Shown here: one piece after another, positions 61,060-64,000 of the stretch
Layout of the letters: each line of letters opens with the position of its first letter
How positions within the stretch are numbered: the first letter of the stretch is position 1
Assembly (NCBI RefSeq): GCF_004010195.1
Contig: NC_057718.1
Coordinates: forward strand, 22,972,297-23,036,296
DNA length: 64,000 bases
Source: Chiloscyllium plagiosum
Lineage: Eukaryota
Reading direction: 5' to 3'
Translations under genes and position numbers: made by a program
The notes under the pieces: generated by a model
Databases searched by the model: none
What the model was told of the DNA's origin: nothing
The model's input: the letters and a program-made list of their open reading frames with translations, nothing else

Positions 61060-61205
61060 TCTGAAACAGGCAGAAATTGTTGCAAGAACTCAACGAGTCT
61101 GGCAGTATCTGTGGAGAGAATGCAGAATTAACATTTTGAGTCCAATGACTTCTTCAGAATTTGTTTGTCATTTCCAGCACCCGCAGTTCTTTGTTTTTAT
61201 TTTCA
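61060..61205 (-). mobile_element. PLE pLTR (family D), old
   Basis: Minus strand TTCTGAAGAAGTCATTGGACTCAAAATGTTAATT; short inverted arm. Confidence 0.6.
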
Positions 61206-62399
61206 TTTGATGTCTGTTTAGTGTCTTTAGTCACCAGTCACTGCTGACTATAAAGGAGTTCAGTGTTGTTAAATTATTGCATTCTTAATGTCCACACTTC
61301 CTCATGATTCCTAGGCTCATCTCAGTGATTAGTTCCTTCAGGTGTGGCTATTACTTCTGTTACTCATAGTTGGCTCTAAGTGTTGCTTCACCGGGCATAC
61401 CAATGGAGTCTTATCTCCAAACGGTACCAGTTAGTTAGATTGTTCCCATAGCAACCCAAGATTTATTCTTTATTGTCTGTACTAATACTTGATCATCTTG
61501 CTGTTTCTCAGCTTGCAGTTTATTCTGCTTTAGTCATCATGAAAGTTCTCTTTTAGATTAAAGTTCTTCTGGAACAAGATGTTTGAAACAGGTTCCACTT
61601 CACCCTCCACTGCTCTCAGACTCTCGGTCTTAAAAACATCATGCTCCTTGTGGGCTTTTAAAACACACACTCAATTGATGGTTGCAGTTGTAGATGAGAG
61701 GTAACTTGTGATCTCCTCTAACTGGACAGATATATTTCTCACCTCGTCTGAATGAAATGTTTTCAGAGGATAGTATTGCTGTTTCATGCATTTGTTCAAA
61801 AAGTTATAGAATCATTAAGATGGAGGCAATGGGCCAGCATGCTTGTGTTTGTACTTTGAACCCTGTTAGATTCCTCTCTGTTGCTTTTTCCTCATTGACC
61901 CACAATTTTTATTTTCAATTTTCAAGTAAATGTATTGAATTTTCTTCTGCCTTCCTTCCAGACCATAACAACCCTATGTCGAAGAATTCTCTTTGACTCC
62001 CTTTTGATTCTTTCACAAGTCATGTTGAATCTTTGTGCTCTGGATACTGACTACAGCCAGTGGACATTATTTCAACTTCTTTCTCTGTAATAGATTTCCG
62101 AGTTGTTGAACATTTCTATGAAATTGCCCCACATGCTTCTCTGCGCGAGGGAGAATAAACCCAGTTTCTCTAACACTTCCAGTCAACTAAAATTCGTCAC
62201 ATTTGGCATAACCTTCTCCTCCCACCCTGCCAGCTATTTTCAGTTTAATTATTAATTCTTTGTCCATTGAAGGGATTTATTTCACTCATAAGCATTTTGG
62301 CCTGGAAGTGGAGACTTTGCTTCTATATGGGAAACCATCTTATAACTAAAGCCTTGCCACTGTGTGTTATATCAATACTATAGCTGTTGTACATAATAC

Positions 62400-62815
62400 A
62401 GCTGAAGGACATCTTAAGAAGGGAGGACAACATAGCTTTATATCTGGACTTCAGGCATTAAGTTATGAGGACAGGTTATACAAATTTGCTTACAGTGTGG
62501 AAACAGGCCCTTCGGCCCAACAAGTCCACACCGACCCGCCGAAGCGTAACACTACGGGCAATTTAACATGGCCAATTCACCTGACCTGCACATCTTTGGA
62601 CTGTGGGAGGAAACCGGAGGAAACCCACGCAGACACGGGGAGAATGTGCAGACTACACACAGACAGTCGCCTGAGGCAGGAATTGAACCCAGGTCTCTGG
62701 CGCTGTGAGGCAGGTTATACAAATTTGGTCTGTTTACTCATAAATTTACAAAGATAAACGGTGATTTGATTGAAGTCTTCAAGACATTAACAGGAAAATG
62801 CAGGGTTGATAATGT
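62400..62815 (+). mobile_element. Old CR1 fragment interrupted by HE1
   Basis: SGLQALSYEDRLYKF|GLFTH...GDLIEVFK. Confidence 0.7.
62489..62710 (-). mobile_element. 5'-truncated HE1 V-SINE
   Basis: 17 bp TSD CAGGTTATACAAATTTG (62472-62488, 62711-62727). Confidence 0.9.
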
Positions 62816-63472
62816 TTAAAAACTGAAAGACCTGTGGACACTGGAAATCAGAAAGAAATTCAGAAATTGCTGGAAAAACTCTGCAGGTCTGGCAGCATCT
62901 GTGAAGAGAAATCAGACTTAACATTTTGAGTCCAGTGACCCTTCCTCAGAACTGGTGTCTAGGAACAGATTGGTATTTATGAAGAAGATCATGTGGGGGA
63001 GGGGAGGTGTAAATGATAGATGGTGCTCGAGCCCAAAGAGAGAGTAAAACAATTGGATGGAAAAGGAGTGGTTAAAGGTCAGCTGGGTTAATGAATATTC
63101 TCTGTTCTGATAAAACACAATAGTCCCATTTCCATGCAATCCCACGTTATAAGAAAATCATGTAATAGCAGCATCATTTAATCCAATAGGACCTGAATTG
63201 CGTTATAACCAATGCAGGTAAGGAACATTTGCATTCTACAAATATTGGCCTAAATTCTTCAATCGCATTATAGAAGAACCGACTTAGCTACAAAAATGGA
63301 TTGTTAGTAACCGATAATGGGTTGTTTGCAGTAGCAGCCTACATGATGACAAGGCCTGGTGTGTGCCTGGTAAAGACATGGGGAAATGTGCTCAGGCCCT
63401 AAAATTATTGAACTTGATAATGAGTCCTGAAGGCTACAGAATTCCCAAGTGGAAAATTAGGTGCTGTTCTTT
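62815..63472 (-). mobile_element. Penelope-like element (family D): GIY-YIG C-terminus, 3' region and hammerhead-bearing pLTR
   Basis: Minus strand EQHLIFHLGIL*PSGLIIKFNNFRA*; AGTT-CTGAGGA-A-GGGTC-actg-GACTC-AAAA-TG-TT near 62918-62953. Confidence 0.8.
63098..63286. mobile_element. Tigger/Tc1-like MITE inserted in the PLE
   Basis: Degenerate TIRs CTCTGTTCTGATAAAAC / GCATTATAGAAGAACCGACT with internal GCGTTATA repeats. Confidence 0.5.
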
Positions 63473-64000
63473 CATCACCTTAAACATATAATAACCAGGA
63501 GCTTAGCATTATGGATGGGCACATTATCATGTCCTGTGAAAGGTAACAACCACCTCCTCTTTTTTTTAACAAATCCAAGGTGTGATTTATAATTATGAGT
63601 GTGTTTAGTTCTAGTTCAATAGCAAGGCCAGATTATAGTTATGTAAGTTGCAGAGCTGACAGTTATAATACAAGTGTGTGAGCTATGCTAAGGCATTTCA
63701 GAGTAAGAAATTTAAATGAGCTCTGCAACGAATTATTAAAAAAATTATGTTTGGTTCATTGCCTGAGCAAGTTGAAGCAATGATTATAGGAATGAAGAGC
63801 AGCCCTGTTCCCTATGGCTGAATAAATGATGCAAATGAGGAACACTGGGCCAAAAGAAAAGTGGATTTGAATCTTCGCTCAAATCATATCAATTCTTAAA
63901 CAGAATAAAAATTGAAATAAGATTCAGTCTTGCTGATTAATCATAGCACTTTGTAGAAATGAAACTTAGTCATTCACCAAAGGCTTTCTATTGTATGGTC

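Noticed and set aside
60870..61720. Possible additional solo LTR
   Set aside because: Composition is LTR-like, but no paired termini or TSD could be identified

Overview
Vertebrate nuclear DNA, almost certainly from an elasmobranch: it carries HE1/V-SINEs, Deu-domain SINEs and HER1/CR1 LINEs typical of sharks. The window is intronic or intergenic and dominated by decayed transposable elements. These include CR1 (about 25 fragments, two with ORF1 esterase), a second CR1/L2-group LINE, L2, RTE, Rex-Babar, several Penelope-like (PLE) families, a clean solo LTR, a decayed Gmr1-type Gypsy element and probable MITEs. I recognise no intact host protein-coding gene. Nearly all ORFs in the track are TE fragments, antisense TE frames or N-gap artefacts. 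Most interesting features: (1) about 20 short PLE-derived insertions, many carrying minimal hammerhead-ribozyme cores, many built as hairpins and 12 bounded by 10-17 bp target-site duplications (TSDs), one of them inserted into another PLE's ribozyme core; (2) four copies of a non-coding retroposon with a shared tail; copy A has a YY1-like head and copies A and C carry different VNTRs; (3) a multi-layer nested TE stack at 13.9-17.1 kb; (4) two candidate spliced exons near 53 and 56.7 kb and E-box/Meis clusters near 12 and 13.8 kb. Boundaries not fixed by TSDs are approximate, and family names come from recalled motifs, not database searches.
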